Below, in pieces: positions 39,190 to 51,949 of a stretch of DNA of 64,000 nt; position 1 is the stretch's first letter; every line of letters begins with the position of its first letter. The notes beneath the pieces were generated by a model. That model ran no database searches. It had not been told where the DNA came from and saw only the letters and a list, made by a program, of their open reading frames with translations. The DNA comes from Haplodiscus bocki. Lineage: Eukaryota. The stretch spans positions 29,326,001 to 29,390,000 of the forward strand of contig OZ296652.1 of NCBI GenBank assembly GCA_965655095.1, in the 5' to 3' direction. Position numbers and translations under genes: made by a program.

Positions 39190-40495
39190 TTTGTGGCTGT
39201 TTCTGGGAACCTTGGAGGGAAAGTTTCACTAGTTGAGGATATCTTGTCATACTTGGAACAAGAAATTCAACCTACTATCTCACTTGATGAAAACTGCCTA
39301 GATTTTGGACTTCAAACGGTTATAAACTATTAAGTTTATTTGAGACAACCCTACTTGGCCTTGAAACTGAAATTTGTTAACGGTTGTGGTTACGAAACTT
39401 GCAATAGCAAAGAAGTTAAAAAGCGAATTAGGAAACGCAGGAGAAGTTGAAAAGCGCTCAAATTTCTCTCGTTACTCATGTTAACAAGAATTGGGACTCA
39501 ATTTTGTCGAACTTTGATGTCTACATCGAGGGTCAGCAAGTATACACTTCAAAAGGACTCCATGTGCACAAGGTTTACAATTTCAACATCTTCAAGGAAG
39601 CCATCTCTGAAAACGAGGGAGTATTGCACTGCGAGGGATACGACTATGAAGAATTTCCTGACGAAAATATGGAAGCATTTTTGTTTGAAACAAAGTTTTT
39701 TTTAAAAGGAGACTGAAAATGCTTAGTAGTAGGCTTTATGTTGTAGGGTAAACTGGGGTTTGACTTCTTCCCCAGTTCTGAATTACCATATCCAAATATG
39801 AATGTTAGGCGACGTCTAATCAGAGCTCGAACTAATTTTACCTGAAAAGAAGCAACCACAAAATTAGTCTTTTTACTCAGTGTTGATTGTTCGCTTAACA
39901 CTCGTCGTATTGCCGTCAAGGTTGATTATCATAAAAAAGAGAATGGACACGCATGCTTACACTCATGTGGAATACATTTACTAGGTGACTTTGACAAAGA
40001 CTTTTATCATCACTGTCAGACAAAACCAGTTTTTTTTTGCAGAAAACTTTTTCAACAAAGCTGCAGGTCGTTAAATTGTCAATGCAAGGAATACAAACTC
40101 CGCTTTCACTGGATCGTATACTGGAAATCTATTGTGGTATCAGCAATTCAATCTCAGAGAAAATAGAATTTTCAGAGGAGGTCAACCAATCATAGATTTT
40201 ATGCTGCTGATAAATTTCACTCATATGTTATGACCATAAAAGCAATTCACTTTCAGGATGTAATTCACAAATTTCCAATTGACATTTTCGCAGACCATAT
40301 TGTTTTAAAGTCTGGTTTGACTTCAATGCAAGATTCTGCTGAAAGTTGTCTTTACTCAGATCTAGTTAGAGAACCACCGAGACTGGAGCTAATTTCAAGT
40401 TTTCTTCTGGAACACATTGATGAACTCTTTGTAATGGGGAACGAAAGTCTTGTGTTGCATTTGACAAGTTTGGCGTTGTTGGAAAGAAAATATAA
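39190..40495 (+). pseudogene. Double jelly-roll major capsid protein (A)
   Basis: 'THVNK..SILSNFDVYIEGQQV...GLHVHK', then a C-terminal part 'FPIDIFADHIVLK..LTSMQD...RLELIS'; lies between the penton and the protease. Confidence 0.75.
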
Positions 40496-40887
40496 ATGGA
40501 TATAATTTCTCGCCAACAAAAATCAATCGATTATTACTACCCAAGTATCGGAACCTTGGTTCATTTCCCCTTGTTTACGTTGAAATTCTTGGAATTGACA
40601 GTTTTGCTATCATCAACACGCAAATCAGCAAAATCCAGTGCGAACATTGGATATTGATTCTAAAATTTTGTAAAGGAACGTTTTTTGCAGAGTTATTCGG
40701 ACGTGAAAAACTCCGTTTTCTCAAACTGCATTTAAAGCAGATGATACCAGCGGAAATGCAGTCCCACCACAGTGTTTTCGTTTTTTCCACGATTTATGCA
40801 GCTTTTCATCGCTTTAACTTCTGTCAAGAAGATTTTACTGGAATTCAAGTTTTCATTGTACTCTCCTTTACTAGTGAATACATGTAA
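40496..40887 (+). pseudogene. Adenain-like cysteine protease (A)
   Basis: 'GSFP...FAIINTQ....CEHWI...QSHHSV..STIYAAFH'. Confidence 0.8.
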
Positions 40888-42431
40888 AGCTTTAGTAATT
40901 TCGATATAAGTTTGTGGTCTAATTGAGGTTTTTGTTCAAAATTTTAGTCTCTAGTTTATTCCAATAAATTTAAATCAATCGACTTACGTAAAATCAAGCT
41001 TAAAAAATTAGCTCCCTTGACAAGATAGCTGCAGGTGAAATAAAAAATCCATAGCCGTAAAAAAATGCGTTGGCCTCCCAAAACGTTTTTTTAAAGCCAT
41101 CCTCCCATATCTGAATCCACGAAGGACACCTCTTATTTATGCGATCTAGTTCAGTTCAATTATTACTACGGGACACAGTGTGAACCCTTTCAAATCCAAC
41201 GTTTCATTCTTGATTCAGAAAACCCATGTCTTAATACATTGGACTGAACTCCATATCAAGACATTGGGGTGAAACTTATCGTGGAGTGAACCCTAGTCTC
41301 ACAGTGCCGGAAAACACAGTTTGACAGTACCGAAAAACTCTAGCTTAATAAATTGACTCACGTATTAACATAGGTGCCAAGAAGGGACCTCCGGCACTTA
41401 ACATCACTTTGGGCTCCACTTGGCTATCGGGGCGCTCTCGTCTGTTTTAATGCTTGACGGACCTCCACCTCCTTCTGATCAGCTCATTCTCTTACTAGTT
41501 CTGCAGCGTTAAATACATTCAAAATAGAAGCCATCATGTTATATTTTTTCTCCATCGAACGATATGAACGCGACTTTGTATTGTTTGCAAATGTTGAAAA
41601 TGCCATTAGTCACGCTTCACTTGACGGTACCCATGCTACGCACCATAACACATGAATTGAATATTCATTTGGAAGTGACGCGCAGCACACCTGACCTCGC
41701 TGCAATTATATTGCACTCCGCTGGTTAAACAAATTAGAGTGAGCTGCAATACACATCACTCTAAAATGCAGTACAATCACATAACTACTGATAATTTTTT
41801 ACGAGCGAGCTTTTATATACTTCATCGCGGTGGTACTCAAACGCATTTTTCCAATAATTTTGATCAATCGGAAGTGACCCGCAAAATGCATCACTTCAGT
41901 GCAAATATAGAAGCAACATTGGTTTTTTTATTAGAGTGAACCGACATATGCCTCTGTCCAAACATGCAGTTCGTACTAGTTTTCATGAAAATCATCGTTT
42001 AAATCGAACCATTATACACATCATTGAAAGTGCAGTCAAAATTGAACGCCATCAAAATTCATCATCGAGAGAGAGTCCTATTACACTTCAGTCTCGAAAG
42101 TTCATTATTCACAGCTTTAATAGCGCAATGTTGAGAGTGAGCTCCAGCAGAGACTTCACTCTCAAGTGCCGTATAACTAAATCAGCGTAGGAATAGCTCC
42201 AAACTGTACTAGAAGTTGTGATTGCAATTTTTCCAGTGTTTTTTCAACCGGTGCCACGAGAACACAATCAATTACTGTGAGCCGCACATAAGATCACTTC
42301 AGTCAACCAATGCAAGTACAATCGATGCAAACTAGTAAATTAGTAATGGAAAAATTATCTGATACAAATAGAAAGACTCTCGCTGCATCACCCGTGCAGT
42401 CAAGGCCGCTTAGTTTAAAAATAAGCGAAGG

Positions 42432-43120
42432 TGTGATATTAGAAAAGCGTTGATTACACGGATATTCGGTGTTAGCTGAGAAAGTAAAGTTTAAGTGTAA
42501 ATGTGAGCTCCATTGAGAAGCCTCTAAGTAGTCACGTGACTTAAATGCGTCCGCAATTGAAACACAAGCCCTCTGTGCAACTAACCTCGAGAGAGTCTTG
42601 ATTGAGACCTGACTACGACAGTCAGTTTTACTCTGCTACGAAACTCTTGCAATTTCGTGAAGTTCTAGTCTTTTCAATTTCGCCTAACAATAACCTGATT
42701 CCAACAAAATTATTTTGTACTTTTGTAGTTTGGCATGCCTCAATACCACGCTGACCTTATACACAAATCACACACGGCTCAAATTCACCAATCCATCATT
42801 AAAACCTTTTTCCGTAGTTGAAGAGCAACGAAAACAAAGCCGGTACTCTCACGCGTAACAATTCTTCTGATACAATTGATTTGAGATTAAGGCGAAAATC
42901 ATAAAAGAACCCTCAAGGGATCGAAACTTCCGCCAAAGAGTGGACAGTTAAATGGTTGATGGACGGATCAAGCAAGCAGCTGATCCAATCCACAGACGAC
43001 TAGAGGATTTATGTGCTCTGTTGGTGCTTCGGACTGAGTTGGAATCCACTGAAAGCAGTGAACTGCCCAATTCGAGGGGTCACAGTGTGTTTGCTCGCAT
43101 CTCACGTCTCTGGCACGACA
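42432..43120 (+). mobile_element. Solo LTR-like remnant with a Gag-leader ORF
   Basis: ORF 'RIKQAADPIHRRLEDLCALL' runs to ...CACGACA at 43120. Start TGTGATA (42432) is tentative and no TSD was found. Confidence 0.45.
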
Positions 43121-43438
43121 ACGCCTCAACGGATGTTGTGTGGTCTTTTTCATGAAGCAAACATGGGTTTTTCAATTCGTCGTCCGTATTTTATGCTCTT
43201 CACTTTGGTCCAGGTTTCTGATGTAGTTTTAACCAAAAAGTCAAAAAAGTGAGGCATATTTCAATACAAAGTAATTGATGAATGTTGTTTCAACTTTGGA
43301 TCAAAAACAGAAGAAAACGAATGAGTCTGTTTTTTTAACACAACCCATTCCCCTATCCGTTGTCTGAATATAAAATTAGAGCGTCCAAAACTTGTCAACG
43401 TTGTTCATTTTTATATTTGGACCAGTAGTTAGAATCTG

Positions 43439-44361
43439 TGTCATGCGCAACAAGAAAATTAAAATTGAACTTTTTGTTACCTTTGTGATGAATATCTTAT
43501 TTATTTGTCATATTTGAAGCCTAAATATAAATTTCAAACAGATATTGACACCATAACTTTTAAACAAAACTTGCGCAATAATGTTCCTAAAATTCATGGG
43601 TTTTATACTCTAGTGGTGAATTTTCACTTCACGCACTAATTATTCAATTCGCACCTAGGCATACGAGCTACTAAGAGCTCGCCGACTGCAAGAATTACGT
43701 CGTGCCATCGGTCACCTGACCGTGTAAATCCATCGGTTAGGAGTCAAAACCACAACACTCCGTTAACTTGTATTAAGTGGAGCTAGTTAGAAGGCACTCA
43801 GAACCTGAACACACTCGCTCAAGTTTGCTGCAGCTTAACCTTGAAGAACTGTAATCTTTTCAAGTTTCTAAATCTGACAGTTCTCGTTAGATCGCTTTAC
43901 ATCCGTTTTAACCTTTCCTACACATTTAAAGCAAAACATCGCTCGGAGTACATTAATTTCAATTTGCGTTGATTGTATGAACTTTTCTCATGAGCACAGA
44001 ACCCTTAGAAGTGGAAACTCTTACAATCAAAAACCCAGTCTAAGAATGTCCGCATGCGAAAAACAGCCAATGGAAACATCTGACACTGACACAACTGAGC
44101 AAGGTGCCGAAGCCAGCACGGAATTCTCTCCCAATTTAATTGAAGAGAGAATGAAATCTGATGTGGAACCCCTCCATGCCCAGATTACTACACTGACGCA
44201 AATGATGAGCAAGCTAATTCAGGACAACTGGGCTAGAGTAAACCCATTGGCGGGTTCCCGCGATCATCGATTTAAGTCTGCATATCCACTTACAGACGGG
44301 CCTGGAACTTCCAGAACCCTTCCATTAGCATCACTAGTGACCGTGGGGTACTCGCCCGATA
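43439..44361 (+). mobile_element. Solo LTR (923 bp) with 5-bp TSD ATCTG, containing a Gag-leader ORF
   Basis: ATCTG|TGTCATG...CCCGATA|ATCTG (TSD at 43434-43438 and 44362-44366); ORF 43977 'RTLRSG...IEERMKSDVEPLHAQITTLTQ...GYSPD' reaches the LTR end. Confidence 0.85.
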
Positions 44362-45431
44362 ATCTGTGTGTTCTCGCACCAACAGAGAACTTCGTTAACT
44401 CAAGTATTTTATTTTTTAACTAGGAGTTTGTTGATAACTTTGTTTTAAAAACCACGATTTTCATGGCTATTTATTTCGGATTTTTTTCCAAGAAACCACC
44501 TTGACTTTTTTCTGCTTGATAATATAAGGATAGCTAAATAATTCCTGCATTAACAATCCCAGTAATGTCGTTAAGAAACCAAGACAACTAGGTCACAGCT
44601 TATCGGACGAATTTTTCTGGAGAGAAAATGATTTAAAATAATGAATTAGGCATCAATTATTCTAGCAATGAGCACGGATAACAACTAATGAACAACCTAA
44701 ATCTCATAAAGATTCTCTACTTCGTTTGTTAATGCACTGACACCTCAAAAAGAACCCATATTGATAATAACCCAGAAGTTTAATAATACGAAGCACACTT
44801 CCAATCTTTAAGTTCACAAAATCAAGCAAATCTTAATTGACATGCACCATTAATCGAAACGAGTAATTTTTTGAAACATTTTCTTTGGCACTCAGTTTTT
44901 TTATTCATTTAGTTCATTTTTTCATAAATGTTGAAGAAAACGTCAATCAAATATACACGTCACTCTCAAACTTTCAAGTGTTTTGTACGAGGGTCCTTGT
45001 ACAGAAAACAATTAATTAAATCTTTTCGATTAGACATTCGCGTCTAAATCTGCCGTTTTGAGTGTGAAAGGAGAAAAACTGGTGTTTTTGCTTTATGATT
45101 TACAAACAAATACAAAAATTAATTCGAACTTCGTTGTGTAGGTTTGTGTAAGTTTTGGCGGCCGCTAGTTTTTCAGACACCCTGAATGAACAAATGACAA
45201 ATGTATAGTCTGTTAATTTCAACAAAAACGTACATCGATCATTTTCTGCAGAAATAATAAAGAAGTGTTTTTGTGCCGTTATTGAAAAACTGATGTGGTA
45301 ATTATTGAGAACATTATTACCCTTTTTCATGTAGAGTATATAAAGCTATTTGATTTTATTGAAGGTACATTATCAGAAAAAAATCGAGAACAAAAAAATT
45401 GCGAGAAGACTGGAATGAGTCAAACTTCCTA

Positions 45432-45950
45432 TATCGCGTGTTGGCCAGTTTTCTCGTGTGTGCGTGGTTAGAACAAAAACTTGCCCTTGGGATCGATTTT
45501 ACCGAGTTATCGTTTATCAATTGGTGAAGTAATTTTGTAAAGTTCTAAATTTTTTTATTCAAGGGCTCTACATGAGCCATATTTCTTTCTTCAACAGTTT
45601 AGGAAGTGATCCTGTCGTTTCGTAAACCATTCCCTTCTAGAGCTGATTTATCGGACGTGTTGTTCATGTTCTCTTATTTTTTTACGGACAGTTTTGGATG
45701 AATGGCTTGTTTGTATGTTTTACCGCTTCTTAGAGCTCTACCGGTCTTACAAAAGTGCACGCAAACTATTAAGACATGAAATAATGGGTGAGTTGTTAGC
45801 GCTACAGTGAGAATTATGTAAATTATAGCAACTGCAGGTGAAAAAATATGCAGATCGACGTCTGTCATTGTTTTGGCAAAAATGAACGTTTTAGCAGTCA
45901 GGTGATTGTTGATAAGACGCAATCCTTACCATTACCATTGCTGAAATCTT
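45432..45950 (-). mobile_element. Solo LTR-like remnant related to 43439-44361
   Basis: 'RALRSGKTY...VEERNMAHVEPLNKKI*NFTKLLHQLINDNS' is homologous to the 43977 ORF and ends ...ACGCGATA at 45432; the other boundary is unknown. Confidence 0.55.
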
Positions 45951-46599
45951 ATTAAACTGTTGCCGTTGGCATCCAAAAAATTTATCAATTTGAGAACACA
46001 AAGGCGCCGCTAGAGCGTCAAACGCATGCAATTTGTGTAAAGCTTTGTAAAATATGGCGAATAAATTTCTCATCTTTTTAGAAAACGACTCAAACCGTGA
46101 AATTAGGGCTCACTTTACGTTTGATTTAAGTAAAACAAAGAGTTCGGCTCACATTACTGTTGGCATTGGAAAGTGTCTGCCTGCTGGAACAAGAAAACAG
46201 GTTGAATTTCGCAAACAACGGAAAATGTTTTTTTGGTAGAAGTTTCAGCCCGAGTTTGGTAATGACTGTTAATTCTGCTGCTGTTTTCACTCTGAAGTGT
46301 TGGGAAATGTTTTAAGTGTGCTAGTTTTTTCGATGATGATGAATGCGGGGCTTGTTTTTTGGGCGCCATGAATTTTGAGTGTGAAGCCTCAGACATCGAG
46401 AAAAAGGTGCATCAGCACCACCACATCTGATTTATTGATTCGATATCGGAATATGTCAAATAGCACTCGTAAAGTTAGGGTATAGAGTTGGCCATCAGTG
46501 AATGTCAATTTCACATCAATAAATTGATTAAGCGGTTCAGACGTCGGGAAACTAAGTAGTAAGAGATTGGTGCGATCAGGTGTGGGGGGAGGACCTTCC

Positions 46600-47085
46600 A
46601 TGTATTAAGATACGGTATAGATCCTGAATCCCAGTTTGGGTCTTCCACCTGTGTATTAACTAGGCTATAGCTTGGCAATGTTTTAAGATAGGGTATAAGT
46701 TGGCTCAATGCATTAAGATAGAGTATAGTTCGACTCAATGTATTACCATAGGGAAAATTTCGGTTCAATATATTAAAATAGGGTATAGTTCAGGTCCCAA
46801 TCTGGGTTCGGTTATGAGTTCAGTCAAAGATAGAAAGTGGGTTCATTCTCGGCGCTGTGAGACTTTTTCGAGAAATGTTTTTCTGAACCTTTTTCCAGGG
46901 TCCCCGCCAATAATTTTTACGGCGCGGACTAATTATGCCGCCTGCGGTTAAATATAAGGCATGAGGATACTGTTTTGACTTAATACTATGTGAAAAGATA
47001 CTTCGGTAGTAATGTATTGAGATATGGTATATTTCGGTAATGTATCAAGCTATGGTATAGTTCGGCAAGTTATTAAGCTAAGTAA
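46600..47085. repeat. Subterminal ~30-bp repeats (TATTAAGATAGGGTATAGTTCGG-like)
   Basis: Units at ~46603, 46654, 46681, 46711, 46741, 46771, 47015, 47043. Confidence 0.7.
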
Positions 47086-47600
47086 TTTAGGAGTTCACTT
47101 GGCTTTTCGCACCCCAAACTCAAGATCATGTCGTTTTTTGCGGGTGAATGCCGGATTCAACACACGGTTTCGCGCAGACTAATCCCGGGTTATGAAATTA
47201 AAATTTATTTGTAAAAACTTCTTCCGCAACCAAATCTAACCGTTCGCAGAGAGGAGGCAGTTATTAAGGCGGCGAACAAAAGTTTCAGAGAAAAATATCA
47301 ACTAAATGTAAGGGCTTTAACAACTTGACTGTAGCAAAGCAAAAGAAATAATGGCAGAATTTATAGCAGGTGTTACCCATTACAGTATTCCATATATGGA
47401 AAGACCACAAATGGATAAACCAATCATAAGAGGAAGTCCTATCCATATAAAGAGCTGTCAATCACTTTTTTTCACGATACTGTTTTAACTCAATGCTATG
47501 AAAAAAGATTGTATTAAAGATTAAAAAAATTAATTGGAGAGTAAACATAAAAACAAACACATTGTATAACCAGCACTTTCACATTGGAGCATTTAAGTTA

Positions 47601-47984
47601 TTACATGTAGTTACTTATAAATGAAAGTACATTAACATCGTGAACTCCAGTACTTCCATCTTATCGCAACTTAAAGAGATGAAAAGCTGCAAAAATAGTG
47701 TAGAATTCGCAAACGCTGGAATGAGATTGTAGTGACTGTGGCATCATCTGCTTTTACTGCATCTTGAAGAAACTGGGTCAAACGAGAAAGTCTGCAAACT
47801 ACAAATTTTGACGAGACTTTGCAGTCATTATCCAATGCTCACCCTGCATTTTGCTGAGTTGCGTATTTATAATGGCAAAAGTCTCCTTGGGAGGAATTGG
47901 AAAATAGTCAGAGGGAAAAGAACCAAAGTATCGACACTTTAGCGGGATATGAATGCTTATTTGCTGATGGGAAACATTATCCAT
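47601..47984 (-). pseudogene. Adenain-like cysteine protease (B)
   Basis: 'GSFPSD...FAIINTQ...QGEHWI...FAD...QSHSSVCEFY'; catalytic His, Asp and Cys and the oxyanion Gln are visible. Confidence 0.85.
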
Positions 47985-47985
47985 T

Positions 47986-49295
47986 TTAGATATTGTTTCC
48001 AACGATAACAATCTTGTCACCTGCAACCGAAGACAAACGTTCCTCCAATACAATGAATTCAGTAACGTGCTCTAGATGATAAGTAAAGTTTGGCTCCAAC
48101 ATCAGTGGTCCTCCAACTAGCTCTGGGTAATGACAATTTTTGCTAACATCTTGCATTGAAGTAAAATCAAACACTAGCACCAAGTGGTCTTTGAAATTAT
48201 CAATTGGAATTGAGGGGATATCATAATGAATTGTCATTACTTTCATTGTCATAACGCATAGGCGAAATTTACCAGCAGCATCAAAGTCTACGATTGGCTG
48301 AGCACCTCTGAGTTTTGCAATTTGACTGAAATCGAATTGTTGATACCAGAATGGATTTTCAGTGTACGATGCAGTGAATTCATAGTTTGTATTCATTGCA
48401 ATAGCAATCCGGCAAACTGGAGAATTATTGAAAATGTTTTCTTGGATGAACTGGTCTTGTCTAGCGGGAGTGATAAAAATTTAAAAAATGCTAAAGTGTA
48501 CAATTAGTTGATTTCCACAAAGGCATATGCAAGCATGTCCATTCGTTTCTTGTGATAATCATCCTTGAGAGCAATACGACTAGTGTAGAGTGAGCAATCA
48601 ATAACGCCAAGACTAACGTTGGGGTTGTCGCTAATCATGTAAAAAATAGGTCTGGCTCTGACAAGTCGTAAACTAATTTTCACATTTGGATATAGCAATT
48701 CGATAGTCGAGACAATGTCAACAACCATTTCACCATACTAGATGAAGCCGCCGGGTCTACTAAGCATTTTCATTCTACTTCAGAAAAAAACTTTCAGATA
48801 AAGGTGTTTCCACAATGTCTTTCGGAAATTCTCCATAGTCGTACCCCTGACCATGCAAAATTCTCTGGTATCCCGAAATGGCCCCCTTGAAATTGTCGGA
48901 AATGTAAGACTTGTGCGCATACAAACCATTAGAGTTTTATGTTTATCAACATTGGAAAAAAATTGAGAGCAAAATGTTGTTAACAAGAGTAACGAGAGGA
49001 ACTAAAACCTCTTGTTCCTCCTCCGGCGCGTTTTTCTCATCCGCTTTATCTTCTTCTTTGTGCTCAATTTTCACATCTTTGGTGTTGTAAGCTTCGTAAC
49101 CACGGCCCTCAACAAATTTCACTTTCAAAGTTTTTTATGTCTGTCTCAAATCATCTTAGTAGTTACGATCCGTTTGAAAGTCAAATTTCATGCAGTTTTC
49201 ATCGGGTGAGGTAGTAGGATCTTTTTCTTTTTCGTGGGACGACGACACATTGTCATCTATGGAGACTTTCCCTCTAAAACTTCCAGAAACTCACT
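47986..49295 (-). pseudogene. Major capsid protein (B)
   Basis: ORFs 48946, 48780, 48504 and 47986: 'LLYPNVKISLRLVRA', 'NPFWYQQFD', 'LVFDFTS'. Confidence 0.8.
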
Positions 49296-49303
49296 TGACA
49301 GGA

Positions 49304-49660
49304 TTAATAGGAAATGCTTGTAAAAATGTCTCTTCGTGATCGACTGGTTTGCTTTGCAGATTTTGTTGGATTGACTCTCCTCTGCCAGCAACCACTACCG
49401 AAATGTTTTCTGAATGTTTGCTTTCCCACACTCTTGGCAGTCATCTTGAAATGTTTTACACCACTAATAACATCTGCAACTTCTGGCACAGCAAACTCCA
49501 ACAAATCAGCACCCACACTTTTTGCAGCTGGGACAAAATATTCACGCAGAAAGAGTATTGCGGGTCTCCCAGAAACTTGTGCAAGTGCACCATATCTTCG
49601 TCCTCCTTGTCGACCAAAAATTCTAGCGAACGGAATCTCTACTTTTCTTGAAGCAACCAT
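49304..49660 (-). CDS. Small basic/amphipathic virion-core-like protein, 118 aa, open frame
   Basis: Uninterrupted ORF, ortholog in A, located between penton and MCP. Confidence 0.6.
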   Translation of the reverse strand: MVASRKVEIPFARIFGRQGGRRYGALAQVSGRPAILFLREYFVPAAKSVGADLLEFAVPEVADVISGVKHFKMTAKSVGKQTFRKHFGSGCWQRRVNPTKSAKQTSRSRRDIFTSISY

Positions 49661-49689
49661 CTTGTAACTTGTTTTACGTTAGAAATGAA

Positions 49690-50475
49690 CAATGGAGGCT
49701 TTTCTAAAAATCAAAACATGCCGAGTGATACCGATAGATACAAGGCGTATTTTTCACCGCTGGTGTTTTTCAAGTCATTGTGAACACTATGAAAAGAATT
49801 TTCCAGTATTTGTTTGAATTGTGGGTTACTAAAAATCTAATGGTTCACGTACTGTCCCTTAGATATAATGTCTCCACCTTTGAGCTTTGGAATAAAACGA
49901 AAGCAACGGAGCAACGGGCTTTTCGTGTCGCCAACGATATTGTACTCAATCGGGTCCGTTTAAATCATGAGTGTATACAGCAAATGTCGTAGGCAAACTC
50001 TGGATTATGAGGTCCTTTTCCTCTCATAATCTCTCTAAATTCATTGCCAACATTGCTACCGAAAATGTGTCCCACTTCCTCACTGAAGACCAGATCCTTC
50101 ATTTGCAAGGTAAATCTGATTTTTTTTCGCTCTTCGAGACAGTTTAACTGTGATACAGCCTTCACTGTGTTTGTGCCTTTCTTGAACGATAGTGTTGATG
50201 GCTTCAACAATATCCGTAAAGGAGGGGTAGAAACGGGTTCCAGATAGTAAGATTCAGACAACTTTGAAAGTTTTTTTAATCAAAAAATATGAACTTTCCC
50301 TCTTTGATATTTTGGTACATTGATTGGTAAGATGTTTCCGAAATTACAACCTCCCATTGACCTTCTAGATTCAGTTTCTCCGGTAAAAAGTTTCTGAAAG
50401 CGCTCAGTGTTTTGTCTGGAAATAGTTGTGCAGATGCACTAGAAACCAACTCCCTTGTCAACGAATCTTGTGTTC
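49690..50475 (-). pseudogene. Minor capsid/penton (B)
   Basis: 'LVSSASAQLFPDKTLSAFRNFLPEKLNLEGQWEVVISETSY'. Confidence 0.8.
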
Positions 50476-50479
50476 AATC

Positions 50480-51350
50480 ACATTGATCAACTCTTTTCGA
50501 TAAAATTTACCACGGATAATCTGGTCCCATTCATCCTTTATTGTCTATGTTGGAGGTCTTCAGGAAGAAATTGCAATGTTTTCAAAAATTTCCTTTGTAA
50601 ACTGTGGCCTCTAAGTGTTTCTGATGAGTGAGTCAAACTTGGAGGTGCGAACGCTGTCTCCAATTTTCAACTTGGATTTTTTATATCCTCTTAGTGGCTT
50701 CCTGTACAGAAAGGAAAAATGTCGGAATCCTTGACATTTTGTGGTATCAAATCTGTCGAGCAGTTTTTTCTGGAATTCAGGGCTGTGACGAGTGGACACA
50801 ATTTGTGAATGTACTTGCATCCATAATCTTCCATGTAACGGTAAAGTTAATTTTTCAAGGATCGTTTGTTACGATCTCCAAATGGAGCCTTAGTCTCATT
50901 CCTTGTGGAGTAACTTTGTATTCTTTCAGCTTTGCAATGGTTTTCAAAACCCTCCAACAACTTTCGTTCCCCTCTCAACCCAAAATTCCATGGATGGATT
51001 CGTTTTGTAATCATAGTCAAAAATGACCTCTTTCCTTGGAATCATTTGTTTTCAACCTTTTTCCATCTACGGTTCTATCAAACAGGTCTTGACGAACTAG
51101 TAGGTACTTTTCACCGTTAATATGGCTAGTCTACCAACGTATGATAGGTCCATACACCAGTTTTCAATTTTCAAACAGGCAATAGCCTCCATCGTCTTGA
51201 ATTTAAGCGTAGCAAGAGTAAACTTTGTGTACGAAAATTTTGAATGTAAGAACGTCTCACCTTTGAAACTGAGAGACTGCTATCTTCCAATAAACTTCGC
51301 ACAGATCCATAAGCAGCACAACTCTGCGTGTGCAGTCTCTGCAGCTTCAG
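50480..51350 (-). pseudogene. Retroviral-like integrase (B)
   Basis: Minus strand 'SYTKFTLATLKFKTMEAIACLKIENWCMDLSYV', 'LVRQDLFDRTVD', 'KLKIGDSVRTSK'. Confidence 0.8.
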
Positions 51351-51949
51351 TCGTGCATTTTTTGAAAAAGACCCAGCTTCGTCTCTCTTTGGCTATGGCA
51401 TTTTGATTCAGAACCAGAAATGGAGATATACAAGCAGTGTCAGGTAAAGTAAAGTAATTGTCTGGAACGTCCACACCATCCAATATTAAAGTCTGCGATT
51501 TCGAGAGCTTGGTACGCGGACAAGACAAAATTTTGTAGACTAAAGTGTCTGCTTTGGCAAACAATTTTTTGTTTTCTTTTTCCTTTTTAAGCGAATCAAT
51601 TTGATACGTGGGATTTTGCTCGGCTTGATACTTTGAACGTTCTTGTTTCGTAATTGCCTGAGTGTTCAAACTCTTGTTCTTGTTTTGCAGAGAAACAGAG
51701 ACGAGAACAGACTGCTCCATATCAAGACAAATGGTTAATGACGGAAGGATTAACCACTCTTATGAATTGTAACCCTTTTTCGGATGCCAGAACGTCCCTT
51801 CTTTGCCTCCAAGTATAATTTTTAGAAAGAACTATCGAACTTTGATCTGAAACTTTGTCGCGTGATGTTTTTTTATGCTTTGCAGGTTTCTCTGGAGAAG
51901 ATTCACTATAAACTCGCAGAGCAACCTGTTAAACTTTTCTGGGTAAGAA

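Larger units (their letters stand above)
24154..41499. mobile_element. Polinton/Maverick A, ~17.3 kb, decayed
   Basis: pPolB (-), then ATPase, integrase, penton, MCP and protease (+). Right end ...TCTCTTACTAGT is the near reverse complement of B's AGTAGTAAGAGA. The left end (AGTAGC at 24154) is tentative. Confidence 0.9.

Noticed and set aside
24147-41505. 6-bp TSD for Polinton A (TCTGTC versus TCTGCA)
   Set aside because: Only 4/6 identity with a 1-bp offset; not reliable.
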